This document shows positions 47,679 through 55,290 of a stretch of DNA of 55,290 bases, piece after piece (within the stretch, counting starts at the first letter, position 1; each line of letters begins with the position of its first letter). Source of the stretch: Bacillota bacterium (GTDB lineage Bacteria; Bacillota; Sulfobacillia; Fermentithermobacillales; Fermentithermobacillaceae). Both the position numbers and the translations under genes were made by a program. The notes below the pieces were generated by a model that worked only from the letters and a program-made list of their open reading frames with translations, was not told the DNA's origin and did not search any database. The stretch covers positions 1 through 55,290 of the forward strand of contig JBBDIP010000001.1 of NCBI GenBank assembly GCA_040880305.1, given 5' to 3'.

Positions 47679-49098
47679 CAAGTGCGCGGAGTTCGCAGAA
47701 GCGCAGAAGCACGTGGGAGAGATCTCCGGGAGACTCGTGGATGTGAGCCGCAAGGTCTGGGAGTTCGCCGAAGTCGGCCTGCAAGAGAACCGTTCGGCCG
47801 CGGTCCAGGTGGATTTCCTGGAGTCCGAGGGGTTCAGCGTCAAACAGGGAACCGGCGGCATGCCCAGCGCCTTTGTGGCCGAATGGGGTAGCGGCAAGCC
47901 TGTGATAGGCTTCCTCGGAGAGTATGACGCGCTGATGGGGCTGTCTCAAAAGGCGGTGGCTGTGAAGGATCCGGTGTGCGCGGGCGCTCCAGGTCATGGC
48001 TGCGGGCACAACCTTCTCGGAGCGGCCGCGCTGGGATCGGCGGTGGCGCTCAAGCGTTACCTCACCGCCCACAGTCTGCCCGGCACCGTGAGATATTACG
48101 GGTGCCCGGCCGAGGAAACGTTGATAGGCAAGGTCTTTATGGCCCGTGACGGCGCGTATGACGACCTGGACGTCGCCATAACCTGGCACCCGGGAGCGGT
48201 CAACACCGTCCAGCTGGGGAGTTCCAACGGCGTCAACTCGGTGAAGTTCACTTTCCACGGCAAGACAGCTCACGCGGCGGGGGATCCCCACAATGGAAGG
48301 TCTGCCCTGGACGCCGTCGAGCTCATGAATGTTGGCGCTAACTACCTGCGCGAGCACGTGATCTCAGATGCCCGTTTGCACTATGTCATTACCGATGGCG
48401 GCGGGCAGCCCAACGTGGTCCCCGCGACCGCCCAGGTTTGGTACTATGTGCGCGCACCGCACCGTCCGCAGGTCGAGGAGATCTACAGCCGTCTCATCGA
48501 CGTAGCCAAGGGCGCAGCCCTCATGACCGGCACGACTTTCGACATTGAATTCCTGGCCGGTTGCTACGACGTGTTGCCAAATGACGTACTGGCAGGCGTC
48601 TGCCTTGACGTGTTCAAGGCGCTGGGCGCCCCTAAGTGGTCCGCAGAGGAAATGCAGTTTGCCGAGGACCTCGCAAAGAGTTTGGATAGGAAGCAGGTCC
48701 AAGAAGGGCTCAAGGCCCAGGGCGCTCCCAAGGAGCTCCTCACGCAGGTAGTCAATATTACGGTCCTTGACCCCATGGATAAGGGGAAGGTCATGGCCGG
48801 CTCCACCGACGTGGGCGACGTGAGCTGGATCGTCCCGACGGTCCAGATATCGGCAGCGTGCTGGCCGGTTGGGTCTCCAGGCCACTCGTGGCAGGTCGCG
48901 TCATCGTCAGGCCACCCGTTTGGCGAGAAGGGCATGCTCAAGGCAGCAGAGGTCATGGCGGGGGCAGCGGTCGCGATTGTGGCCGATCCCTCCATCATTG
49001 AGAAAGCAAAGGCGGAGTTCGCGGAGAAGCTCGCGGGTGAGAAGTACATATCCCCGCTTCCCGCCGGCTCGAAGGCTCCCATGGGCCAGTTTAAGTAG
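47668..49098 (+). CDS. M20-family amidohydrolase, AbgB (aminobenzoyl-glutamate utilisation B)-like
   Basis: 476 aa. GFLGEYDAL, GHGCGHNLLG. GGGAGGG RBS before TTG 47668. Confidence 0.8.
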   Translation: MTGDKCAEFAEAQKHVGEISGRLVDVSRKVWEFAEVGLQENRSAAVQVDFLESEGFSVKQGTGGMPSAFVAEWGSGKPVIGFLGEYDALMGLSQKAVAVKDPVCAGAPGHGCGHNLLGAAALGSAVALKRYLTAHSLPGTVRYYGCPAEETLIGKVFMARDGAYDDLDVAITWHPGAVNTVQLGSSNGVNSVKFTFHGKTAHAAGDPHNGRSALDAVELMNVGANYLREHVISDARLHYVITDGGGQPNVVPATAQVWYYVRAPHRPQVEEIYSRLIDVAKGAALMTGTTFDIEFLAGCYDVLPNDVLAGVCLDVFKALGAPKWSAEEMQFAEDLAKSLDRKQVQEGLKAQGAPKELLTQVVNITVLDPMDKGKVMAGSTDVGDVSWIVPTVQISAACWPVGSPGHSWQVASSSGHPFGEKGMLKAAEVMAGAAVAIVADPSIIEKAKAEFAEKLAGEKYISPLPAGSKAPMGQFK

Positions 49099-49121
49099 GT
49101 CTGAAAAGCCCGTAACGCACA

Positions 49122-49150
49122 TTAACTACCCTCTCGTCCAGATCGATAGA
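49122..49150 (+). promoter_or_regulatory. Candidate sigma-28 (SigD/FliA) promoter for the che operon
   Basis: TAAC-15 nt-ATCGATAG versus consensus TAAA-N15-GCCGATAA (CGATA core present). About 25 nt upstream of the cheW start. Confidence 0.3.
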
Positions 49151-49174
49151 TAAAGGGCGAGGGGGTATGTATTT

Positions 49175-49693
49175 GTGGCTCCTGAAGAGGCATCTTCATA
49201 CGACAACGCGTCGTCGGTCCGGAAGGAAAGGCAAATAGTCGCCTTTACCCTTGGAGCTGAGATCTACGGCGTCGACATCGCTTCAGTGAGGGAAATCATC
49301 CCAATCCAGAAGATCGTGAGCGTCCCTAGGTCGCCCGACTTTGTGGAAGGCATAATCAACCTGCGGGGAAGAGTCATTCCTGTCCTGGACCTGCGCAAAC
49401 ACTTCGGCTTTGAACGCAAGAGGGGCGACCCCAACCAGAGGATCGTGCTGGTCGAGGCCGGCTCTGAGAGCATCGGCGTCATCGTGGACGCGGTCTCGTC
49501 TGTCCTTCGCATCCCAGACGATGCGGTGGAGCCGCCTGCCTCGGTGCTCGTCGGTCCCGAGATCGAGTACATCTACGGGATCGCCAAAGTCGATGGCGAC
49601 CTCATCGTACTCTTGGACCTGACTCGGATCATCTCCGATGCCGAGAAGAGGACGCTGAAAGAAGCCGACCTGCGGGCGGCAGTGGTCCAGTGA
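49175..49693 (+). CDS. cheW: Chemotaxis coupling protein CheW
   Basis: VAFTLGAEIYGVDIASVREI..., GIINLRGRVIPVLDLRKHFG. Confidence 0.93.
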   Translation: MAPEEASSYDNASSVRKERQIVAFTLGAEIYGVDIASVREIIPIQKIVSVPRSPDFVEGIINLRGRVIPVLDLRKHFGFERKRGDPNQRIVLVEAGSESIGVIVDAVSSVLRIPDDAVEPPASVLVGPEIEYIYGIAKVDGDLIVLLDLTRIISDAEKRTLKEADLRAAVVQ

Positions 49694-51654
49694 GCAGAAT
49701 GCCAGACAAGAACGAAGCATCCGAATACGCGCAGGACCTTGAGCTCCTGCTGACCGAGATATCCGACCTCCTGTTGGCTACCGAGGTCAATCTCGTTGAG
49801 CTGGAGAAAGCGCCCGCTGACATCTCCCTGATCCAGGAAGTGTTCCGGGTGATGCACACGATCAAGGGCGGAGCGGCTACGATGGGTCTCCAGGAAGCCG
49901 TGGAGGTAACCCACCGCATGGAGACCATCCTGGATGGCGTCCGCTCCGGAACCCGCGCTCTGACCAAGCCGGTCATGGACACTCTGTTCTCGGTATTAGA
50001 CTGGCTCAAAGAGTGGCGCTTGGCCATTTCCGGCGGTGATTCGCACCCATCCACAGCGGCCATTATCCATGTCATCGAGTCGCTCACTTCGGAATCTCAA
50101 CTACCAGAGTATCTCTTGCGGAAGATCGATGCGGCTATCCAGCAGGGCAAGAACGTTTTCAAGGCCGTGGTGCGGTTCAAGGCCGACGCGCCGCTGCTCT
50201 CGGTCAGGTGCTTTCAGATTGTGACCAACATCGAGGAGACGGCCGAGATAGTCGGCTCTGTCCCATCGATGCAGGAGATAGAGAACGACCAGGTCAAGGA
50301 CGTTCTCGAGGTCTATTTCTTGTCCGACGCCGGCGGCGAGGATGTTGGGGCAGTCGCCCGGTCCAACCAGGACGTCATGGACGTCGCGATGGGGAAGTAC
50401 CAAACCAAGAGTCTGAAGTCGGCCGAGGCCGCACGCGGCAAGGATACCAAGGATACCGGCGAGGGGCCGGCGGTGAAGCGTTCGGAACTTGGGAAGACGG
50501 TCAGGGTCGACGTCCGCCTCCTGGACTTCCTCATGAACATGGTGGGCGAACTTGTCATCGACCGCACCCGCCTCTCCCAAATTGCCACCGAACTCATGAA
50601 AACCGGCGAGACGTCCGGCATAGGCAACGACGTGAGTTCGTTGGCCTCCCACCTGCAAAGGACGAGCACCGAACTGCAAGAGGGCATCATGCAAGCCAGG
50701 CTTCTGCCGGTCAAGAGCATTTTCTCTAAGTTCCCCCGCATGATGCGAGACCTATCGGCCAGGTGCGGGAAGCAGATCGACTTTGAGATGGTGGGCGAGG
50801 CTACAGAGATTGACAGGACGGTGCTCGAAGCTATCGACGATCCCTTGATCCACGTCCTCCGAAACGCTGTGGACCACGGCATCGAGATGCCCGACGAGCG
50901 GATCGCCAAGGGTAAGGGCCCCAAGGGGTGGGTCAAACTCTCGGCTTGGCACGAGGAGAACCAGGTGCTGGTGAGGGTGGAGGACGACGGCGCCGGCATT
51001 GACGCCGAGAAAGTCAAGAAGTCCGCCATTCGCAAGGGACTTATCACCGAGGAACAATCCCTGAAGATGACCGAGAAGGAAGCCGTCGAGATGATTTTCC
51101 TCCCCGGCTTCTCTACTGTGGAGAAGGCCACGGAGGTCTCGGGACGCGGCGTCGGCATGGATGTGGTCAGGTCGAACCTCGAACGGGTGAATGGGCAGAT
51201 CGAGGTAAAGACCAAGGTGGGCTCAGGCACTCAGGTGACCCTGCGCTTGCCGCTCACGCTGGCCATCATGAGGGCACTGCTGGTGAGGTGCGGGGAGAGC
51301 GTGTTCGCCGTCCCCACTTCGTCGGTCGAGGAAGTGTTTTCGTTGAGCGATTTTGCCATCGGCAGCATCCAGGGGAAACCCGCCATGAACGTAAGGGGCA
51401 GGGTAGTCCCTCTGATATCGCTTGAGGGCGCGCTCAGGGACTCGATGTGGTCGTTGAATGGCCAGAAGTACGCGCTGCTTACCCGCACGAATGAGCAGCC
51501 GCTTGCCTTGGGCGTCGATGACCTCATCGGCGAGGAGGAGATCGTGGTCAAGGAGATGGGCCATCTCCTCTCCAGGCTGAAGGGCATAGCAGGGGCGACG
51601 ATCCTGGCACAGGGCGATCCGGCGGTCATCTTGGATATCAACAGGGTCATATAG
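49690..51654 (+). CDS. cheA: Chemotaxis histidine kinase CheA
   Basis: Hpt HTIKGGAATMG, HATPase G-boxes (DDGAGID, GRGVGMDVV), C-terminal CheW-like domain. Confidence 0.96.
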   Translation: MSRMPDKNEASEYAQDLELLLTEISDLLLATEVNLVELEKAPADISLIQEVFRVMHTIKGGAATMGLQEAVEVTHRMETILDGVRSGTRALTKPVMDTLFSVLDWLKEWRLAISGGDSHPSTAAIIHVIESLTSESQLPEYLLRKIDAAIQQGKNVFKAVVRFKADAPLLSVRCFQIVTNIEETAEIVGSVPSMQEIENDQVKDVLEVYFLSDAGGEDVGAVARSNQDVMDVAMGKYQTKSLKSAEAARGKDTKDTGEGPAVKRSELGKTVRVDVRLLDFLMNMVGELVIDRTRLSQIATELMKTGETSGIGNDVSSLASHLQRTSTELQEGIMQARLLPVKSIFSKFPRMMRDLSARCGKQIDFEMVGEATEIDRTVLEAIDDPLIHVLRNAVDHGIEMPDERIAKGKGPKGWVKLSAWHEENQVLVRVEDDGAGIDAEKVKKSAIRKGLITEEQSLKMTEKEAVEMIFLPGFSTVEKATEVSGRGVGMDVVRSNLERVNGQIEVKTKVGSGTQVTLRLPLTLAIMRALLVRCGESVFAVPTSSVEEVFSLSDFAIGSIQGKPAMNVRGRVVPLISLEGALRDSMWSLNGQKYALLTRTNEQPLALGVDDLIGEEEIVVKEMGHLLSRLKGIAGATILAQGDPAVILDINRVI

Positions 51655-51665
51655 CCGACATCGAC

Positions 51666-52286
51666 ATGGAGGGTTTAGAGACGGACTACGAGACGTTTCG
51701 GCGGCACGTAAAGGTGGGCCTTGAGACAGCACGGGTTTCGCTGTCGTCCTTCACGGGCAAGGACCTTGAACTCGGGGCGGCCGACATGGACTTCATGGAC
51801 TTAAGGGAGATCCCGTTCCTGGCGGGAGACCCCGAGACTCCGGTCCTGGCCTCGTACTCCTCCTTCGAGGGAGCCGCTGATGGGCAGCTCTTGATGCTGT
51901 TTAGGCCTGATTCGGCTGAAAGATTGGCGACGTTCCTCGCGCCCGAGGTATTCGAGGGTCTCAGAGAAGATGAAGTCCCCTCACTTATGGACTCACTGAT
52001 CCTGGAGGTCGCCAACGTGGTGGGCTCATCTTTGATCAACGCCGTCGCTGACGGGGCGGGCATCGGCATCTCACCTACCCCTCCGGTGTTGGTGAGAGAT
52101 ATGGCGGGAGCGGTCCTGGGTTCGGCGCTTTCCTATTCCGGTCTCCTGGATGCAGTCTACGTCATTCACATTAAGTACTCGCTCTCTTTCGGCAGGGCAA
52201 TGTTCGAGATAATCTTCCTGCCCAAAGTGAGTTCCAAGCAAAATTTCTTCGCTGGAGACGGGATAGGCGAATGCCAAATGTTGTAG
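51666..52286 (+). CDS. cheC: CheC-family CheY-P phosphatase (only the second E-x2-N site intact)
   Basis: 206 aa. Second site is LILEVANVVGSSLINAV...P. The first-site equivalent, KVGLETAR, lacks E/N. Precedes cheD. Confidence 0.75.
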   Translation: MEGLETDYETFRRHVKVGLETARVSLSSFTGKDLELGAADMDFMDLREIPFLAGDPETPVLASYSSFEGAADGQLLMLFRPDSAERLATFLAPEVFEGLREDEVPSLMDSLILEVANVVGSSLINAVADGAGIGISPTPPVLVRDMAGAVLGSALSYSGLLDAVYVIHIKYSLSFGRAMFEIIFLPKVSSKQNFFAGDGIGECQML

Positions 52287-52759
52287 CCGTCAGTCTTTCT
52301 GACATCAAAGTCGCGGTCGGTGAGGGGGACGTCCTAGTGGCGTACTCTCTGGGTTCCTGCGTCGGAGTGGCGCTGTGGGATCCCGTGACCAAGTTTGGTG
52401 GCATGGCCCACGTGGTCCTGCCCTCAAGCAACGGGTATTCGGTCGACGTGGCGGTACCGGGCAAGTACGCCGACACCGCAGTCCCGTGCCTGGTTGAAAG
52501 ACTGCGGGCGGCAGGCTGCCAGATGCCGCGGTTCAAGGTCTGGATCGCGGGCGGAGCCCACGTTCTCAAGAGCATCAAGTGGCCAACTGGCGAAATCGGA
52601 GCGGCGAACGTGAAGGCGGTGCTCGAGGCGATCGGGAGACTGGGACTACCGGCTCCCGCGATGGACGTCGGTGAGGATTACGGTCGAACAATGAGGCTTT
52701 ATGTATCGCTTGGGAAGGTCACTGTCGCATCGGTTGGCCGCGCAGAAAGGGACATGTAA
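52271..52759 (+). CDS. cheD: Chemoreceptor glutamine deamidase CheD
   Basis: LGSCVGVALWDP..., GMAHVVLP catalytic Cys/His contexts. Confidence 0.92.
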   Translation: MPNVVAVSLSDIKVAVGEGDVLVAYSLGSCVGVALWDPVTKFGGMAHVVLPSSNGYSVDVAVPGKYADTAVPCLVERLRAAGCQMPRFKVWIAGGAHVLKSIKWPTGEIGAANVKAVLEAIGRLGLPAPAMDVGEDYGRTMRLYVSLGKVTVASVGRAERDM

Positions 52760-52773
52760 GAGGAGTGGGTCAG

Positions 52774-53130
52774 GTGCCTAAAATCCTTGTTGTGGACGAC
52801 GCAATGTTCATGAGAACCAAGGCCTCGCGACTTCTGACTTCTGAAGGTTACCAGGTAGTCGAGGCTGCCAATGGAGCAGAGGCGATCGAAAGGTTCAAGG
52901 CAGAAAAGCCCGACCTGGTTCTCATGGACATTACCATGCCTGTGCTAGATGGGATCGGAGCCCTGAAAGCCATAAGGTCATTGGACGAGAACGCCAAGGT
53001 CATCATCGTTACGGCCCTTGGGCAGCGGAGCATGGTCCTTGAGGCTATCAGGGCGGGGGCTAAAGATTTCGTGGTCAAGCCGTTCCAGCCCGACAAGCTC
53101 ATGGAGGCTGTGAAGAAGCAGTGTCAATAG
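52774..53130 (+). CDS. cheY: Chemotaxis response regulator CheY
   Basis: (M)PKILVVDDAMFMR, LVLMDITMP, KPF. AAGAGGAG RBS 8 nt before GTG 52774; GTG 52765 is the alternative. Confidence 0.93.
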   Translation: MPKILVVDDAMFMRTKASRLLTSEGYQVVEAANGAEAIERFKAEKPDLVLMDITMPVLDGIGALKAIRSLDENAKVIIVTALGQRSMVLEAIRAGAKDFVVKPFQPDKLMEAVKKQCQ

Positions 53131-54197
53131 ACTTGCCCGATAAGCCTGCAGGGGATGTCCGCGTACTTATCGCGGATGATTCTCTTTTCATGAGGCACCT
53201 CTTGCGGCGGGCGCTGGAAAAGAGTCCGAGGATCGCGGTCGTTGGCGAGGCCAGGGACGGCGCCGAGGCCGTCCGGATGAACGCCGAGATATCTCCCCAC
53301 GTAATCGTGATGGACGTTGAGATGCCCAAAATGGACGGCCTGTCAGCGTTGGCGCGGGTCATGGCCGAAAAGCCCGTACCCGTGGTCATGTTCTCGTCTC
53401 TGACCAGCCGGGGCGCTCACACAACCCTGGAAGCCCTGTCCTTAGGCGCGGTCGACTTCCTCGCCAAGCCTGAAAGCAGGATGAACATTTCGCCCATAGC
53501 CGACGAACTGGTCAAGAAGGTACTGGCCGCGGCCTCGGCCAGGCTGAGGAGGAGAAGGGGCGCGGGTCCGACGCCCGCCAAGGACCGCAGAGAGGCATCC
53601 GATCGCGGCCTCTCGCGCTCCCTGGTCGTCATAGGTTCGTCGACCGGAGGTCCTCAGGCGCTGGACGACGTCATCCCGAGGCTCCCGGCGGACTTTCCGG
53701 GCAGCGTGCTTGTATGCCAGCACATGCCCGCCGGTTTCACGGCGTCTATGGCCAAAAGGCTGGATAGGGTGACCGCTATCCCTGTCACTGAAGCTGTCGA
53801 GGGGGATGCCTTCAAGAGAGGGGCGGTCCTGGTCGCTCCCGGGGGCCAGCACGCCAGGGTGGCAGATGACCGGGACCCCCACATCCACCTGGATGCGGGC
53901 GAGCCCGTGCACGGCGTGAGGCCGGCGGTCGACGTGACTTTGATGGACGCCGGGCCGCTTTTCGGCTCAAAACTCATGGTCGTCATCATGACTGGGATGG
54001 GGTTTGACGGAGCCAAGGGAGCCAAGGCTGCCAAGTCCCTCGGCGCCACGGTGGTCTGTCAGGACGAAAGCACTTCGGTAGTCTGGGGCATGCCGCGGGC
54101 ATGCATAGAGATAGGGGCGTGCGACAAGGTGCTGCCGCTTCCCAAAATCGCCGAGGCCATCGTACGTTTCGCCCGGTTGGCGGAGGAGGGAAACTGA
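53121..54197 (+). CDS. cheB: Protein-glutamate methylesterase CheB
   Basis: REC domain (VLIADDS, MDVEMPKMDG) plus methylesterase domain (GSSTGGPQAL, QHMP, GMGFDG). Confidence 0.95.
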   Translation: MSIDLPDKPAGDVRVLIADDSLFMRHLLRRALEKSPRIAVVGEARDGAEAVRMNAEISPHVIVMDVEMPKMDGLSALARVMAEKPVPVVMFSSLTSRGAHTTLEALSLGAVDFLAKPESRMNISPIADELVKKVLAAASARLRRRRGAGPTPAKDRREASDRGLSRSLVVIGSSTGGPQALDDVIPRLPADFPGSVLVCQHMPAGFTASMAKRLDRVTAIPVTEAVEGDAFKRGAVLVAPGGQHARVADDRDPHIHLDAGEPVHGVRPAVDVTLMDAGPLFGSKLMVVIMTGMGFDGAKGAKAAKSLGATVVCQDESTSVVWGMPRACIEIGACDKVLPLPKIAEAIVRFARLAEEGN

Positions 54198-55045
54198 TGG
54201 CGTCACTGCAACTTCCTCAGCCCAGGGTAGATAGGGACGACATCGCCATCTACGGCCTCGACTACGTCCATTTCTGCCAGAAGGTGAGAAAGCTCACCGC
54301 CATCGACCTGGAGAGCTATAAGGGTCAGCAGATGCACAGGCGGCTCGAGAGCTACCGCTCGAGGAACGAGATGCCCGACTTCATGTCTCTCGGGAACTCT
54401 ATCCAAAGAGACCCCGAGAAACTGCGGGCCCTGGTTGACTTCCTCACGATAAACGTCTCGGAGTTCTTCCGTAACGGCGACCAGTGGAAGGTTCTTCGAG
54501 AAGTTATTCTGCCCTCCTTGCTCACCGCGGGCCGCACGGCGATCAAAGTCTGGAGCGCGGGATCTTCTTGCGGACAGGAAGCCTACTCCCTGGCGGCGAC
54601 CCTATGCGAGATGGGAGCGGGCGGGAGTTCGATCATCTGCACCGACATAGACGAACCCAGTCTTCGCAGGGCGGAAGCGGGGATATACACCAAGGAAGAA
54701 ACCGCGGCAGTCCCAAAGTACATCCTGGCGAAGTACTTCGTCCGGGATGGGACAGGGTTCCGGGCAGGGGATGCGCTCAAGCGGATGGTCTCGTTTCAAC
54801 GAAAGAACCTTCTCTCGGAAGACTACCCGCGCGCCCTTGACCTTGTGTTATGTAGAAACGTCCTGATCTACTTCACCGAGAAGGGAAAGAACCAGGTCAT
54901 CATGGGCCTGGCAGAATCACTTAGGGCCGGAGGAGTACTTTTTACAGGCGCCACTGAGGCCATATTCAACCCCAGTACGTTCGGTCTTGTTCAGATACAG
55001 CCGTTCTTCTACCGGCGGCAAGCAGCTTCTATCGGGAGGAAATAG
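54197..55045 (+). CDS. cheR: Chemotaxis protein methyltransferase CheR
   Basis: TINVSEFFRN, VWSAGSSCGQEAYSLA, CRNVLIYF. ATG 54197 overlaps the cheB stop (TGATG). The ORF-track start at 54101 lies inside cheB. Confidence 0.94.
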   Translation: MASLQLPQPRVDRDDIAIYGLDYVHFCQKVRKLTAIDLESYKGQQMHRRLESYRSRNEMPDFMSLGNSIQRDPEKLRALVDFLTINVSEFFRNGDQWKVLREVILPSLLTAGRTAIKVWSAGSSCGQEAYSLAATLCEMGAGGSSIICTDIDEPSLRRAEAGIYTKEETAAVPKYILAKYFVRDGTGFRAGDALKRMVSFQRKNLLSEDYPRALDLVLCRNVLIYFTEKGKNQVIMGLAESLRAGGVLFTGATEAIFNPSTFGLVQIQPFFYRRQAASIGRK

Positions 55046-55047
55046 AT

Positions 55048-55290
55048 ATGTTCAAAGCAGGCTTGATAAACCCGTTCCTGGATGCGGCGTACAAGTTCCT
55101 TCAGACCGAGCTCAGCATGGAAGTGACCAGGGGGCAGCTGCGGCTCGAGTCGTCCAAGTCCACCTCTGGCGAGGTCAACGTGGCGCTGGGCGTCGCGGGG
55201 GACGCCGAAGGCACCGTCATATACAGCATGTCGGAGAAGACCGCCAAGGCCATCGCGGCGGCGTTCGAAAGCGGCATGGTTTCGATCAAC
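55048..55290 (+). CDS. cheX: CheX/CheC-like phosphatase, N-terminal part (runs off the window)
   Basis: Hand translation: MFKAGLINPFLDAAYKFLQTELSMEVTRGQLRLE...VNVALGVAGDAEGTVIYSMSEKTAKAIAAA, a typical CheX N-terminus. The ATG lies 2 nt after the cheR stop. Confidence 0.7.
   Translation, partial: MFKAGLINPFLDAAYKFLQTELSMEVTRGQLRLESSKSTSGEVNVALGVAGDAEGTVIYSMSEKTAKAIAAAFESGMVSIN

Noticed and set aside
54101-54196. Upstream start of the cheR ORF (and similar extended starts at 26113, 27447, 31044, 38624 and 18859).
   Set aside because: The extensions lie within the preceding gene or lack an RBS. Internal starts with an RBS or stop-start overlaps match the homologous N-termini.

Overview
GC-rich chromosomal segment that looks like an endospore-forming, monoderm Bacillota (Clostridia-like) bacterium; the taxon is inferred only from gene content and synteny (cwlD, a YaaH-like GH18, SLH domains, ecfA1-ecfA2-ecfT-truA-rplM-rpsI order).
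(1) nt 1-19.8k: tuf (3' part) followed by the S10-spc-alpha ribosomal super-operon (rpsJ to rplQ, with secY, adk, map, infA, rpmJ, rpoA). Then come ecfA1-ecfA2-ecfT, truA, rplM-rpsI and cwlD. rpmD (L30) is absent between rpsE and rplO.
(2) nt 20.8-33.4k: about 12 tightly packed + strand genes. They encode the complete anaerobic oxidative L-ornithine (Stickland-type) pathway: ord, ortA, ortB, oraS, oraE, a MutL-like reactivase and orr. These are followed by an AmmeMemoRadiSam-type pair (a LigB/Memo-fold::AMMECR1 fusion plus its radical-SAM enzyme), ornithine carbamoyltransferase, and a COG2403 (cyclic-2,3-diphosphoglycerate-synthetase-like) P-loop protein. The block ends at a clear intrinsic terminator.
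(3) nt 33.5-36.9k: a membrane GT2 glycosyltransferase with a roughly 250-aa insertion, plus a second COG2403 paralog.
(4) nt 37-49k: a heterogeneous region.
- Intact genes: UPF0016 transporter, tRNA-Arg(CCG), NYN protein, tandem FMN-binding lipoprotein, D-amino-acid aminotransferase, ferredoxin, M19 dipeptidase, cytoplasmic class-A beta-lactamase-like protein, spore-type GH18, PHP-type tyrosine phosphatase, AbgB-like M20 amidohydrolase.
- Damaged genes: a frameshifted SLH surface protein and a 5'-truncated BY-kinase.
- Two unusual intergenic repeat structures.
(5) nt 49.1-55.3k: chemotaxis operon cheW-cheA-cheC-cheD-cheY-cheB-cheR-cheX (partial).
I could not recognise any CRISPR array, transposase, integrase or known defence gene. 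The candidates most worth follow-up are the uncharacterised genes embedded in or attached to the ornithine operon (the AmmeMemoRadiSam pair, and the duplicated COG2403 proteins flanking an atypical GT2) and the two repeat arrays.
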